Below, piece by piece: positions 8,511 to 17,906 of a stretch of DNA of 64,000 nucleotides (position 1 is its first letter; each line of letters begins with the position of its first letter). Source of the stretch: Nannocystales bacterium (GTDB lineage Bacteria; Myxococcota_A; Polyangia; Nannocystales; Nannocystaceae); contig JBOEGF010000005.1 of the NCBI GenBank assembly GCA_050633305.1, positions 96,001 to 160,000 of the forward strand. Direction: 5' to 3'. A program made the translations under genes and the position numbers. Below the pieces are notes generated by a model. That model saw only the letters and a list, made by a program, of their open reading frames with translations, was not told where the DNA came from and made no database searches.

Positions 8511-10204
8511 ACCTCCGTCAGGGAATGATGTTGCTGAGCCTCGCGGGGTGGGGCTGCTATGGAGGGACGGACGCGGGGGGAGACACCGACGGCTCCGGTG
8601 AGACGGACGGGGCGGAGTCCGCCGGGGACTCGGGAGGCGCTGATAGCGGAGACTCTGATGGCGACGGCCCCGGTGGCGAACCATCGGCTCGCTGCGACAC
8701 GTCGAAGATCGGCCCGCCGCTGCTGCGTCGGCTGACACAGGCCGAGTTCGATGCCACGGTCCGGGTGGTCTTCCCGCCGATCGCGGACTCCTTCGAGGGG
8801 GTCTCGGTAGGGGCGGACACCACCAGCGAACTCGGGTTTCGCAACGATGCAGGCTCGCTGTTGGTCGGCGAGCAGACCGCCGCCGAGATCCTCTCCACTG
8901 CGGAGGACGTCGGCGATGCGATCACTGCGCCCGCGGTCTTTGCCAACGTCCTGCCATGCTCCAACGAGACGCCGGACGAGGGCTGCGCGAGGACGTTTGC
9001 CCAGGAGTACGGTGCTCGACTCTTTCGGCGCTCGCTTTCCGCGGAGGAGGTCGACCGGTACGTCGCGCTGCACGGTTCGGTGTCTTCCGACTCGGACTTC
9101 GCGACGGGCATCAAGTGGATGCTGGTCTCGATGTTCCAGTCGCCTCACGTCGTCTACCGCTCTGAGCTCGGCGAGGATTCTGGCGACGGCACGCGGACGC
9201 TGACCGGTTGGGAACTCGCGACCGCGCTGGCCTACAACTACGCTGGCCACCCTCCCTCGGATGCGTTGCGAACCCTCGGCGAAGAAGGGGCGCTGGCCGA
9301 CCCCCAGGCCCGGGTCGAGCAAGCTCGCACGCTGCTCGCGAGCGATGCGGGCCGTGAAGGTGTGCATCGCTTCTTCGAGGATTGGATCGACTACCCAGAG
9401 GTCGCGCTCAAGACCCGACCGGACACCCCGGAGTTCGACGGGGTCCGCGGTGCGCTGGTGGAGGAAACCCGGCGCTTCATCGAGACCGTCATTCTCGACG
9501 ACGACGGTGATGTCGCGTCCTTGTTGTTGGCCGACTACACGAGCCTGGACCCCGAACTTGCTGCGTACTACGGCTGGGGCAGCGGGTCGGAGCAGGGCGA
9601 GATTGTGCCGCGACCGGACGATTGGGGCGTTGGCTTGTTGGCGCAGGGCTCCATCCTCGCCGCGAACGCGCAGATCGACGCGTCCTCTCCGACGCAGCGT
9701 GGACTGTTGGTCTACGAGCGCCTGCTTTGCAACGAGCGCCCTCCTGTCCCTGAGGACATCCCCGCGATCGAGGCCCCCGAACCCGGCGTATCGACAACGC
9801 GGCAGCGGTACGAGGAGTCGCACATGGCCAACGCCGGGTGCCGGTCCTGCCATGCGTTCTTCGACCCGATCGGGTTCGCGTTCGAGCACTTCGGCCCCGA
9901 GGGGCGCTACCGACCCGATGAGGGAGGCTTGCCGATCGATGCGAGCGGCAACATCCCCCTGGGCGTGCTCGAAGAGGAAGTCGCCTTCGATGGGTTGACC
10001 GACCTGGGCGAAACCCTCGCGTCGCTACCCGAGGTCACGGACTGCGTCAGTGGGCTGACTGCCGCGTACGTGTTCGGTGGTGCCGGCGGGCAGTCGTGCC
10101 TGGCCGAGGACGCCCGGACTTCGCTCGCCGAAGGGGAGATCGGGATGGTGGAGTTCATCGCCCAACTCGCCGCCGCCCCGCACTTCAGCACTCGGCAGCC
10201 CTAG
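8507..10204 (+). CDS. DUF1592/DUF1588/DUF1595-family lipoprotein with CxxCH heme motif
   Basis: LRRLTQAEF, QSPHVVYRSE, ELATAL, SSPTQRG, CRSCH, DPIGFAFEHF; ATGA-coupled to the DUF1552 gene. Confidence 0.85.
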   Translation: MNLRQGMMLLSLAGWGCYGGTDAGGDTDGSGETDGAESAGDSGGADSGDSDGDGPGGEPSARCDTSKIGPPLLRRLTQAEFDATVRVVFPPIADSFEGVSVGADTTSELGFRNDAGSLLVGEQTAAEILSTAEDVGDAITAPAVFANVLPCSNETPDEGCARTFAQEYGARLFRRSLSAEEVDRYVALHGSVSSDSDFATGIKWMLVSMFQSPHVVYRSELGEDSGDGTRTLTGWELATALAYNYAGHPPSDALRTLGEEGALADPQARVEQARTLLASDAGREGVHRFFEDWIDYPEVALKTRPDTPEFDGVRGALVEETRRFIETVILDDDGDVASLLLADYTSLDPELAAYYGWGSGSEQGEIVPRPDDWGVGLLAQGSILAANAQIDASSPTQRGLLVYERLLCNERPPVPEDIPAIEAPEPGVSTTRQRYEESHMANAGCRSCHAFFDPIGFAFEHFGPEGRYRPDEGGLPIDASGNIPLGVLEEEVAFDGLTDLGETLASLPEVTDCVSGLTAAYVFGGAGGQSCLAEDARTSLAEGEIGMVEFIAQLAAAPHFSTRQP

Positions 10205-11880
10205 CCGGCGGATCGGAGTCCGCGAGGTCGGCGGACGAGGCAAAGGAGGAATCCCAGCAGCCAAGTGAGGGCGGGCGGTTGCTGGGACCGGCAGGAGCAC
10301 CCTCCGTCATCCGTCATTTCGGAGACCGCTCCGGTCGAGGGAGCGGTGTCGCTGGTGCCGGCGGTCGCGGTGTCGGACCCGGAGCTCGAGTCCGGGCCAT
10401 GGGTCCCGCCTGTGGTGAGCGGTCCCGGGTCTGCTGTGTCTCCGGAGGAACTCGCGTCCGTGTCGGTACCTGAGCCTGTTCCGGGATCCTCCTGGGCGAC
10501 GGACGGGCACCCCTCGGGCACCAGCGCGGCGGCGCGCTCGTGCAGGTAGGATTCGATCGCGGTGTAGCCGCTGTCCAGGATGGTTGCGGCATCGGTCCCG
10601 TCGTTGGGGTCCAGGCCGGCCGCCAGCTCCCACGGGTCAGGCATCCCATCGTCGTCTTGGTCCTCGGGCGGGTCTGTGGGGACGAGTCCCTCCATGAGGT
10701 CGGGGGGCACCCGTGCGCCCCAGGTGCCGCTGCGGGCCTCCGTTTCGCTGACCGAGCGAAGCGAGACCACATCCCGCGGCCACGCGCCCGAGCAGGCCAA
10801 GACCATCTCCAGTGCCTCGGAAGCACTGCGCTCGGTCACGGGCACGCGGTCGGGTACCAGGGAGTCCCAATCGGGCTCTTCGGTCGCACGATACGACTCC
10901 GGCAAGCGCAGGTCTTCGAAGCTGGGGTGCGACCACGGCGTCGTCCACGGGTTGTCGACGACACCGGTGAACACGCCGGGGTCGTCGATGAAGTTGTCCG
11001 CGAGGAAGTACTGAAGTTCGGGGTCGCGACCGCCCGCTTCGTCATCGAAGAAGAATGGGAACAGGTCATCGTCTGCCCCGGCGAGGTAGTTGTTTCCGGC
11101 GATCGAAAACGCTCCGGCGGCGGGGTTGTGATGCACGAATCCGTGCCGGACGTTGTAGGCCACGTTGCCGCGTACCTCGCTCGGTCCGGTCGCGAGCGCG
11201 GGGCTGCGGTTGCGGTGGTGCGCGAACAGATTGTGAAGGATCGACGCTCGCGCCCCATTCGGCCCCTGGATCAGACCGTAGTTGTGCACGCCTTCGGGAT
11301 GGCCTGAGGTTGCGGAGCTTTCGATCGTCGACCACTGGACGGTCACGTCCTGGGCTTCATACAGGTCGATCGTTTCGTCGATGGCAAACGATGCCGAGAC
11401 ATGGTCTAGCAGAACGCCCGAGCACCTCGACAACGCGATGGCGTCAAACTGTTCCCCGGGCCCCATGGGGGTGGTGGGGCGGACCCGGACGTGGCGGACG
11501 ATGATGTTGTCGATCCCGAACTCGTACGCGGCCACGAGCCGGCCGTCGATGGTGACTCCCGCTCCCGGCGCGGACTCTCCGGCGATCGTGACATCGCCGT
11601 GCGGGATGATGATCTCGTCGGCTTCAATCACGCCGCTCACGTCGAACACAATGATTCGCGGACCGTCGGTGTCCAGGGCCGCCTGCAGACTCCCCGGCCC
11701 GGAGGGGGCAAGCGTCGTCACTTTGATGACCCGGCCTCCACGTCCACCCGTGACCGCCCCTGCGATGCCCTCGGCTCCCGGGAACGACGGCAAGGCGCTG
11801 GCCTCGGAGCTCGCGAACAGGCAGACCAGCGCCGCTGTGAGGCAGATCGATCGGTTGATGGAGTGCGGTCCGCTGCCCAC
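10201..11880 (-). CDS. pectate lyase-like (PL1-type beta-helix) protein with MYXO-CTERM-like tail
   Basis: FPGAEG, GGRGGRVIKVT, GPGSL, PRIIVFDVSG, DHVS, DE, HNLFAH, RSP, DDDGMPDPWE; C-terminal GCSC, hydrophobic helix, then RR. Confidence 0.85.
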   Translation of the reverse strand: MGSGPHSINRSICLTAALVCLFASSEASALPSFPGAEGIAGAVTGGRGGRVIKVTTLAPSGPGSLQAALDTDGPRIIVFDVSGVIEADEIIIPHGDVTIAGESAPGAGVTIDGRLVAAYEFGIDNIIVRHVRVRPTTPMGPGEQFDAIALSRCSGVLLDHVSASFAIDETIDLYEAQDVTVQWSTIESSATSGHPEGVHNYGLIQGPNGARASILHNLFAHHRNRSPALATGPSEVRGNVAYNVRHGFVHHNPAAGAFSIAGNNYLAGADDDLFPFFFDDEAGGRDPELQYFLADNFIDDPGVFTGVVDNPWTTPWSHPSFEDLRLPESYRATEEPDWDSLVPDRVPVTERSASEALEMVLACSGAWPRDVVSLRSVSETEARSGTWGARVPPDLMEGLVPTDPPEDQDDDGMPDPWELAAGLDPNDGTDAATILDSGYTAIESYLHERAAALVPEGCPSVAQEDPGTGSGTDTDASSSGDTADPGPLTTGGTHGPDSSSGSDTATAGTSDTAPSTGAVSEMTDDGGCSCRSQQPPALTWLLGFLLCLVRRPRGLRSAG

Positions 11881-12325
11881 GTCCGTATCTTACCTGCGCG
11901 GGCGTCATGTTCAGTGGGACTTGGGCCGAGCTGTCGTGTCATCTGGTGTGGGGTCGCCGTATGTACAGTTACGACACCACCGCGGTGTCGGAGTGGTGCG
12001 ATATCGACCGGGTGTCACGATGGAACCCGAACCGTTTCGGTTCGACTTCGGAGCGCACTTCCGCGGCGGGCTCGAGCCGAGCGCTGGGGCTGACAGGATG
12101 ATGTTCTGCTCAGTTGGTCGCCTGTCCTTTTGGGTCATGTCTCGGTGGGGATCTCTTCACTGGAGATCTGCTGGATCAGATCTCCAAGCGCACGATCCCG
12201 GGATCTGATCGATGATGTTCTTTTGGGGCCATGTTGAGCGATCGATGAAAACACTACGGAATCGCCGATCCACCTGAACGCAACGCGCCTAGCGTTCGCG
12301 ACGGGTGATCGCATAGATCCAAGGT

Positions 12326-12502
12326 ATGCATCTGACGACGCTGGTCGAACTCCTCGAGCGTGATGTGGGCAGCAGTGCTTCCACCCGGGCCAAGCTCGCT
12401 GAACTCCTGGCGGAGCGAGGCGACTCTCGCGGCGCCAACGTGCAGTCCCGAATCGCGCATCGCATGGCGCAGCACGGGTCCGCTCGCAAGAGCGACGCGT
12501 AG
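12326..12502 (+). CDS. small hypothetical protein (58 aa), not in ORF track
   Basis: MHLTTLVELLERDVGSSASTRAKLAELLAERGDSRGANVQSRIAHRMAQHGSARKSDA; AAGG just upstream; mostly G/C third positions. Confidence 0.55.
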   Translation: MHLTTLVELLERDVGSSASTRAKLAELLAERGDSRGANVQSRIAHRMAQHGSARKSDA

Positions 12503-12583
12503 CGGCGCTGGAGGGACGCCCCCCTTGCGTGGCGGCGTCCCGGCGGCGTCCCGGCTACGAGCCTGCGGACCCCGAGGAGTGCC

Positions 12584-13070
12584 CTACACGCACTGCGAAG
12601 GTGTCGCGCCCGTCTCGTCGACGACCGGTGGCTGGCAGCTGCCGCCACCGCAATCCGCATCGCTAGCGCAGGGTCCACAGACGCCCACCTCGGCGATCCC
12701 GAGTCCGGCGACGTCGACGACGGCACAGATCCCCGACGCGCAGGCCGAAGCGTCTCCATCCGCCGGGCAGAACGTCCCGTCCGCGCCAGTTCCTTGCGCA
12801 ACGCAATGGAGGAAGCCGGCCGGCTGTAGGCCGTCTATGATGACATTCGGGGTGCAGACTTCCCCTGCCGCGCAGTTGGCCGTGGAAGCGCAGTCGCTGC
12901 AGAACGTGTCCGGCAAGACACCGTTGGTGTCGACGAGTGGCTCGCAGCTCAGGCCGGGCGCGCATCCCATCGCGGCCGGGTTGCACATCACGCCGAGTTC
13001 ACCGCTTGTGCACGCCCGAAGTGCACGCAACGGTCAGCCACAGCGCGCACAACCGGCTGCTCGAGCGCAT
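12584..13070 (-). pseudogene. frameshifted Cys-rich lipoprotein
   Basis: Signal MRSSSRLCALWLTVAC (ATG 13070) is out of frame with the Cys-rich body (12584-13030); duplicated GCGTGCAC at the junction. Confidence 0.55.
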
Positions 13071-13090
13071 GTGCGACACGATAGCAGGGG

Positions 13091-13891
13091 ATGCGCGTTG
13101 CTATCCTTCCGTGGGTGAGCCTCGCAAGTCGGCGGCGTTTCTCCGAGGTCGTGGCAGCGTCGATGGTGTCGTTGGCTTGCGGTTGTGTGCATCCCGCGGA
13201 GCGGCCTACCGTGGTCGTCGCAGGCAGCGGTGACGCGCATGTGCTGCCGGCTCGTTTCGAGGTCGTGTGCTGGAACGTCCACAAGAACGCAGATCCTGCT
13301 GCCGCGCTCCTCGGGCTCGCACCGGATGCCGATCTCGTTCTACTTCAGGAGTCAGCATCGGTGACCGGGGGACCTCCGGGATACGCAATGATGGTTGTCG
13401 CGTTCCGACGCGCGCGTGATGGACGACCCGCCGGGGTCAAGACGGTCACGGGAGTCGCGCCCACCTCGACCACTGCATTGCTCTCGGATACGCGAGAGCC
13501 CCTCGTCCGCACCCCGAAGTCGGCGTTGGTCAGCACCGTTCCGCTCGCACCCGGCGGGTCGTTGTTGGTGGCCAATGTGCACGGTGTGAATTTTCGCAAC
13601 GCCCGAGCTCTGGCTGGGCAGCTCGAAGAACTCGACCCGCTCCTACGGGAGCACACGGGACCCATCATCGTCGCCGGAGACTTCAACACCTGGAGCCGGG
13701 CCCGCCACGACGCCTTGGTGGACTTCGCTCAGCAGCACGGGCTCGAGAGTGTGTTCGTGGGCGCGGATGCCCCACGCCTCGATGCGGTGCTCTTCCGCGG
13801 CCTGCACCCCGAAGACTCGAGCGTGATTCCGAGCAAGGCGTCGGACCATGACGTGTTGCGGGTTCGGTTTTCCGTCCGGGAGGCCTCGTAA
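13091..13891 (+). CDS. endonuclease/exonuclease/phosphatase (EEP) family protein, YafD-like
   Basis: WNVHK, DLVLLQE, NVHGVNF, AGDFNTWS, LD, SDH. Confidence 0.85.
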   Translation: MRVAILPWVSLASRRRFSEVVAASMVSLACGCVHPAERPTVVVAGSGDAHVLPARFEVVCWNVHKNADPAAALLGLAPDADLVLLQESASVTGGPPGYAMMVVAFRRARDGRPAGVKTVTGVAPTSTTALLSDTREPLVRTPKSALVSTVPLAPGGSLLVANVHGVNFRNARALAGQLEELDPLLREHTGPIIVAGDFNTWSRARHDALVDFAQQHGLESVFVGADAPRLDAVLFRGLHPEDSSVIPSKASDHDVLRVRFSVREAS

Positions 13892-13941
13892 CCCCGGAGA
13901 AACTCCGTGGGCGCTCCGCGTGCATACGCTACGCTGTTGGT

Positions 13942-14694
13942 ATGGGCGGTCGCGTCGCGTCGCTGTCAGTTCTTGTTGGACTCGCCGGCTGCGCGCGCCC
14001 AAACCCGGCGTACGGAGGCGCGACGGACTCTGCATCGTCCTCGGACGCTGCGAGCGCGGGCGTCATGACAAGCGGCGCGACGAGAGGGACCGATCCGTCG
14101 GAAGGTGTTGGCCCGCAGACGGACTCCGTCGCCGACTCCACCACATTGACGGGCATCGGTCCGCGCTCCACTGGGTCCACGTCGGAGGCGTTCTCCGATG
14201 GCGGACCCGAGCTCGCGGGGCTGCTCTGGGTGACAGCGCCCGTCATGGGCGATTGGGACAATGCGGACGGTGACCGGTGTGGGGCGGCTCTGGGTCCAAC
14301 GGGGGCGATTTGCGTGAACACGCCGATTGTCATCGCCGGTCGAGAACAGACCCCGATCGCCGAACTCCCGGGGCGGTTCGAATTCCTCGACGGACCGTTC
14401 TACGCGGCGACCACCGGGCAGCTCGTCCTCGAGAGTCTCGATGACCTCGTCGACGGCATCGTCGAGGCCGAGTTCGTCGAAGCACTGAGCACCACCGATC
14501 TCGCCGCTGAACTCTATGTGTGGCGTGGCCCCCTCGTGTTACCCGGCGATGCCAACTGTGAAGACTGGTCCACTCCCAAGGGCAACGGCACCCTGTTTCT
14601 GTTCCAAGCTGGCTCCAGCGCGGTCGCGACAGCGAGTCGAGCGCCGTGTGTGTCGAGTGTCCGCCTGCTGTGTAGCTGCGCGGGGATTCCATAG
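13942..14694 (+). CDS. hypothetical lipoprotein
   Basis: LAGC lipobox; Ser/Thr linker; C-terminal NCEDW...C...LLCSC. Confidence 0.7.
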   Translation: MGGRVASLSVLVGLAGCARPNPAYGGATDSASSSDAASAGVMTSGATRGTDPSEGVGPQTDSVADSTTLTGIGPRSTGSTSEAFSDGGPELAGLLWVTAPVMGDWDNADGDRCGAALGPTGAICVNTPIVIAGREQTPIAELPGRFEFLDGPFYAATTGQLVLESLDDLVDGIVEAEFVEALSTTDLAAELYVWRGPLVLPGDANCEDWSTPKGNGTLFLFQAGSSAVATASRAPCVSSVRLLCSCAGIP

Positions 14695-14784
14695 AGCGGC
14701 CGAGCGCAAGATTCGCGGCCCGGCGGTCCGCGGAGCCGGGATTGAAGACGGCCAGCGAGGCGACACCCCTGGTAGACTCTGGAC

Positions 14785-15240
14785 ATGGGAAAACTCTTAG
14801 CTTGTCCATCGTGTAGCGCTCACGTTCGAGCCTCCGAGTCCTCTTGTCCGCACTGCGGCGTTCGGGTTCGCAACGACCGCGGTGTCGTCATCCGGACGGC
14901 GGGCGCCATGCTCATGGGGCTGAGCCTCACTGCATGCCCCGCCGACGACGACGGGGATGACACGGGTGCTGGGCCGACAACCGCGACCAGCGGTTCGGGT
15001 AGCACCTCGGCGCCCGGTAGCACCTCTGCGCCCGGCAGTACCTCCGACAGCACCACGGGGGAGCCCGACCCAAGCTCCTCGTCGTTCGGGGGCGCGGAGT
15101 ATGGCGTCGCGGAGACCGGTGACTTCACGACCAGCAGCTCCGGGTCCTCCGGTGGAACGGGGACCGACACGGATGCTGGCAGCAGCAGCACAGGCCTCGG
15201 GGGCCCGGACTACGGGGTTCCCGAGACCACGGGTCGCTAG
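14785..15240 (+). CDS. small lipoprotein with N-terminal CxxC..CxxC and two YGVxET motifs
   Basis: CPSC/CPHC, LTAC lipobox, GGAEYGVAETG and GGPDYGVPETT. Confidence 0.75.
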   Translation: MGKLLACPSCSAHVRASESSCPHCGVRVRNDRGVVIRTAGAMLMGLSLTACPADDDGDDTGAGPTTATSGSGSTSAPGSTSAPGSTSDSTTGEPDPSSSSFGGAEYGVAETGDFTTSSSGSSGGTGTDTDAGSSSTGLGGPDYGVPETTGR

Positions 15241-15380
15241 CGGCAGGCGGGCCTCGGTCTCCGTCGGCCCCCTGACGGTCAGTGCCGCGCGGCGATGCCG
15301 TCGGGCCGAGCATCGCCGATGCACGAGCTTGCGATTCGCGTCTATCCTCCGGCCAGGTGGGGAGATCCGGGCAGTGGAAC

Positions 15381-16580
15381 ATGTCGGCTGACGTCGCCCG
15401 TCGGCTCGCTCTGGGTGCGCAAGGATTTGGCGACAAAGCACCCAGCGCATCGGTCGACCGGCGCCATCTCAGGCGCGTGATGGGCCGGCTTCGGGTGCTT
15501 CAGCTCGACTCGATCCCCGTCGTCATTCGGACCCAGTACCTCCCGTTCCATTCCCGTCTTGGCCCTTACGACGCAGGGTTGCTCGATCGCGTTGCGTACC
15601 GCGACGATGAGTGGTTCGAGGCTTGGGCGCATGAGGCCTCGCTGCTTCCGGTCGCGTCCGAACCTCTTTTCCGTTGGATGAAGGAAAGGGTGAGGTCGGG
15701 GCACACGTGGAAGTGGCTCCACCAGTTCTCCGAGCGCGAGCCCGCCTACGTGCAGAGCGTTCTCGATGAGGTCCGGGAGCGTGGGACCGTGGCTCCGGGG
15801 GAGCTGAGCGATCCCAGACCGGTGGCGAAAAAGAGCGGCGGTTGGGGCAACCGCTCGCATGGGGCGTTGGCGCTGGATTGGCTGTTTCGGGTCGGTGAAC
15901 TCGGGATTCGTCGCCGCGGAAACTTCGAGAAGCACTTCAGCCCTCTCGAGGACGTCGTAGGGGAGCCCGTGATCTCCACGCCTACACCAACGGCCGCGGA
16001 TGCCCTTCGGGAGCTGACGGTGCAGTCGGTGCTGTCTCTCGGAGTCGGCACCGCGGCGGATGTTGCGGACTACTTCCGCCTTCCGATCCGCGAGGTTCGG
16101 CCTGCGCTCGCGGAGTTGGTCGAGGATGGCCGCGTTCTGGATGCCACGGTGCCGGGCTGGAAGCATCCGGCCTTTGCAGACCCGAATGGACGGGCGCCTC
16201 GCAAACTCGAAGGTGCCACCGTGCTTTCGCCGTTCGACCCCGTCGTCTGGAAGCGAGACCGCGCACAGCGGCTCTTCGACTTCGAGTACAAGATCGAGAT
16301 CTACGTGCCGGAGGCGAAGCGCCGGTGGGGGTACTACGTGCTGCCCGTGCTGATCGACGGACACATCGTTGCGCGGCTCGATGTGAAGACGGATCGAGAG
16401 CACCGGGTGTTGCGGATCAAGTCATCCCACGCCGAGCCCGGGCATGCCGATGCGGCGACAGCGGAGAGGGTCGCGGAGGCCGTTCGCGACCTGGCGCTGC
16501 TGGTCGAGGCGGAGTCGATCGATGTCGAAAAGAAGGGCGATCTGGCTCCGATGCTTCGGCGCGTTTTTCGTGAGAGTTAG
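15381..16580 (+). CDS. ycaQ: YcaQ/AlkZ-family (HTH_42) crosslink-repair DNA glycosylase
   Basis: LQLDSIPVV (QxD), SRLG, EAWAHEASL, LSPFDPVVW, YKIEIYVP, GYYVLP. Confidence 0.88.
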   Translation: MSADVARRLALGAQGFGDKAPSASVDRRHLRRVMGRLRVLQLDSIPVVIRTQYLPFHSRLGPYDAGLLDRVAYRDDEWFEAWAHEASLLPVASEPLFRWMKERVRSGHTWKWLHQFSEREPAYVQSVLDEVRERGTVAPGELSDPRPVAKKSGGWGNRSHGALALDWLFRVGELGIRRRGNFEKHFSPLEDVVGEPVISTPTPTAADALRELTVQSVLSLGVGTAADVADYFRLPIREVRPALAELVEDGRVLDATVPGWKHPAFADPNGRAPRKLEGATVLSPFDPVVWKRDRAQRLFDFEYKIEIYVPEAKRRWGYYVLPVLIDGHIVARLDVKTDREHRVLRIKSSHAEPGHADAATAERVAEAVRDLALLVEAESIDVEKKGDLAPMLRRVFRES

Positions 16581-17029
16581 GCGCTGGGGCCGGTCGGGAA
16601 GGCCGCTACGACGAGCAGTCTGATGTGCCGGCACGGTGGTTGCAGACCGTGAGGGGCATGGCACCACGCACATCAGTCGCAATCGTCGCGAACGGCGGAA
16701 GAACGCTCAGTGGGTTCTGTCGAAAAGCTTCCTTTGCCCAAGCGAGTCGTGCCTTCGATGACGCCGGTGCGCGGCTGTGGGCGACGGCTCAGGCCGAAGA
16801 CACCTCGACCGTCGTCTCGGTCGGGGTCGTTTCTGCGGAGTTCCACTCCTTGAAACAGGCCGAACGGGCGATGGCTTCGATGTTTCACCAACACACCCAG
16901 CAGACCGACCCAATGTGCCCCGCCGTGGCGCGCTGGGATGCCCTTGCCGTCGCCCACGCTCCGAGCTGAGTGTGTGGTGTGGGGTCCCTCGCGGGGTGCG
17001 GCAGAGGCCGTCGAGACCGGGGGCGAAGC

Positions 17030-17731
17030 TCAGAACGTCGCCTTGGTGAGCGCGATGAGGCGCTCGGTGAGGTCCTGTCGCTCGTCGACCTCGCCGTGAC
17101 AAGGTACCAACACGTTCGTGGCGCCGTTCGCAAAACACCGGACGGCCCACTCCCGGAACGCTGCGGGTTCGCCGACGCCGAGGCGAAAGGCCCGTCCGAC
17201 GCTCAGCCCGACTCTGAGCCCGTACAGCCGTTGCGCCAACCGAAGCCAGAAACCATCGGCAAGCTTCGCGATGTTCATGTAGGAATCGCAGACGATCCAG
17301 TAGACCCGGTCGTCGGGTCCGGCGGACAGCCACAGCTCACCGGTTCGTGACGCAGGAGGCGTGTGCAAGGCGACATGTGGCGGTAGCGCCGTCGAAAGCT
17401 GGCTTGCCGGCTCGACACAGGTTGAGCCGGCGACACGTTGGAGACGTTCGGTTGCCGAGGGCGCGGCGAACACTCGCGCGGTTGGGAACCGCGCCAGCCA
17501 AGGGCTGATGCCCAAGGTATGGCCGGAACTTGGGGCGACGAGCAGGAGCTCGACGTCGTCGTCCAAGAGCTCGGCTGCGCTGCTCACCAGCGGTGCGCCG
17601 GGGCTGTACACGAGCATGCGTTGTGCAGACAGCTGTACAAGCGTGGTTCTCGAGACGCCTCCGGGAAAGCGGTAGGTCGCGGTTCGCAGTTGGCCCGTCG
17701 TGTCGAGCGTCGTCCAGTTTGTCAGGTCCAA
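17030..17731 (-). CDS. DUF4336-like / metallo-beta-lactamase-fold protein
   Basis: LVYSP, LVAPSSGHTLG..W...FP, LVPCHGE; GGAGG RBS before TTG 17731. Confidence 0.6.
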   Translation of the reverse strand: MDLTNWTTLDTTGQLRTATYRFPGGVSRTTLVQLSAQRMLVYSPGAPLVSSAAELLDDDVELLLVAPSSGHTLGISPWLARFPTARVFAAPSATERLQRVAGSTCVEPASQLSTALPPHVALHTPPASRTGELWLSAGPDDRVYWIVCDSYMNIAKLADGFWLRLAQRLYGLRVGLSVGRAFRLGVGEPAAFREWAVRCFANGATNVLVPCHGEVDERQDLTERLIALTKATF

Positions 17732-17906
17732 AACCCCTCCATCGCGCCGTGGGATGGCACGGCGGATGCGAGCGGGCAATCACCGAAGCACTCGGGCGCG
17801 ACGAATCAGGATGACGCCGAACAAAGTCCGAGCCGTTCGCGTGGTTCGACCCGATTGTGTAGGCGTCGTCGCAGACAGCGGACGGGTCGGTCGGGCAAAG
17901 TCGTTG

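Noticed and set aside
12150..12320. Firm call as oriC
   Set aside because: No canonical DnaA boxes, AT-rich unwinding element or replication genes; kept only as an unexplained GATC cluster
16625..16969. 114-aa plus-strand ORF with a possible RBS before ATG 16658
   Set aside because: Weak codon bias and no recognisable motif; cannot tell a gene from a remnant
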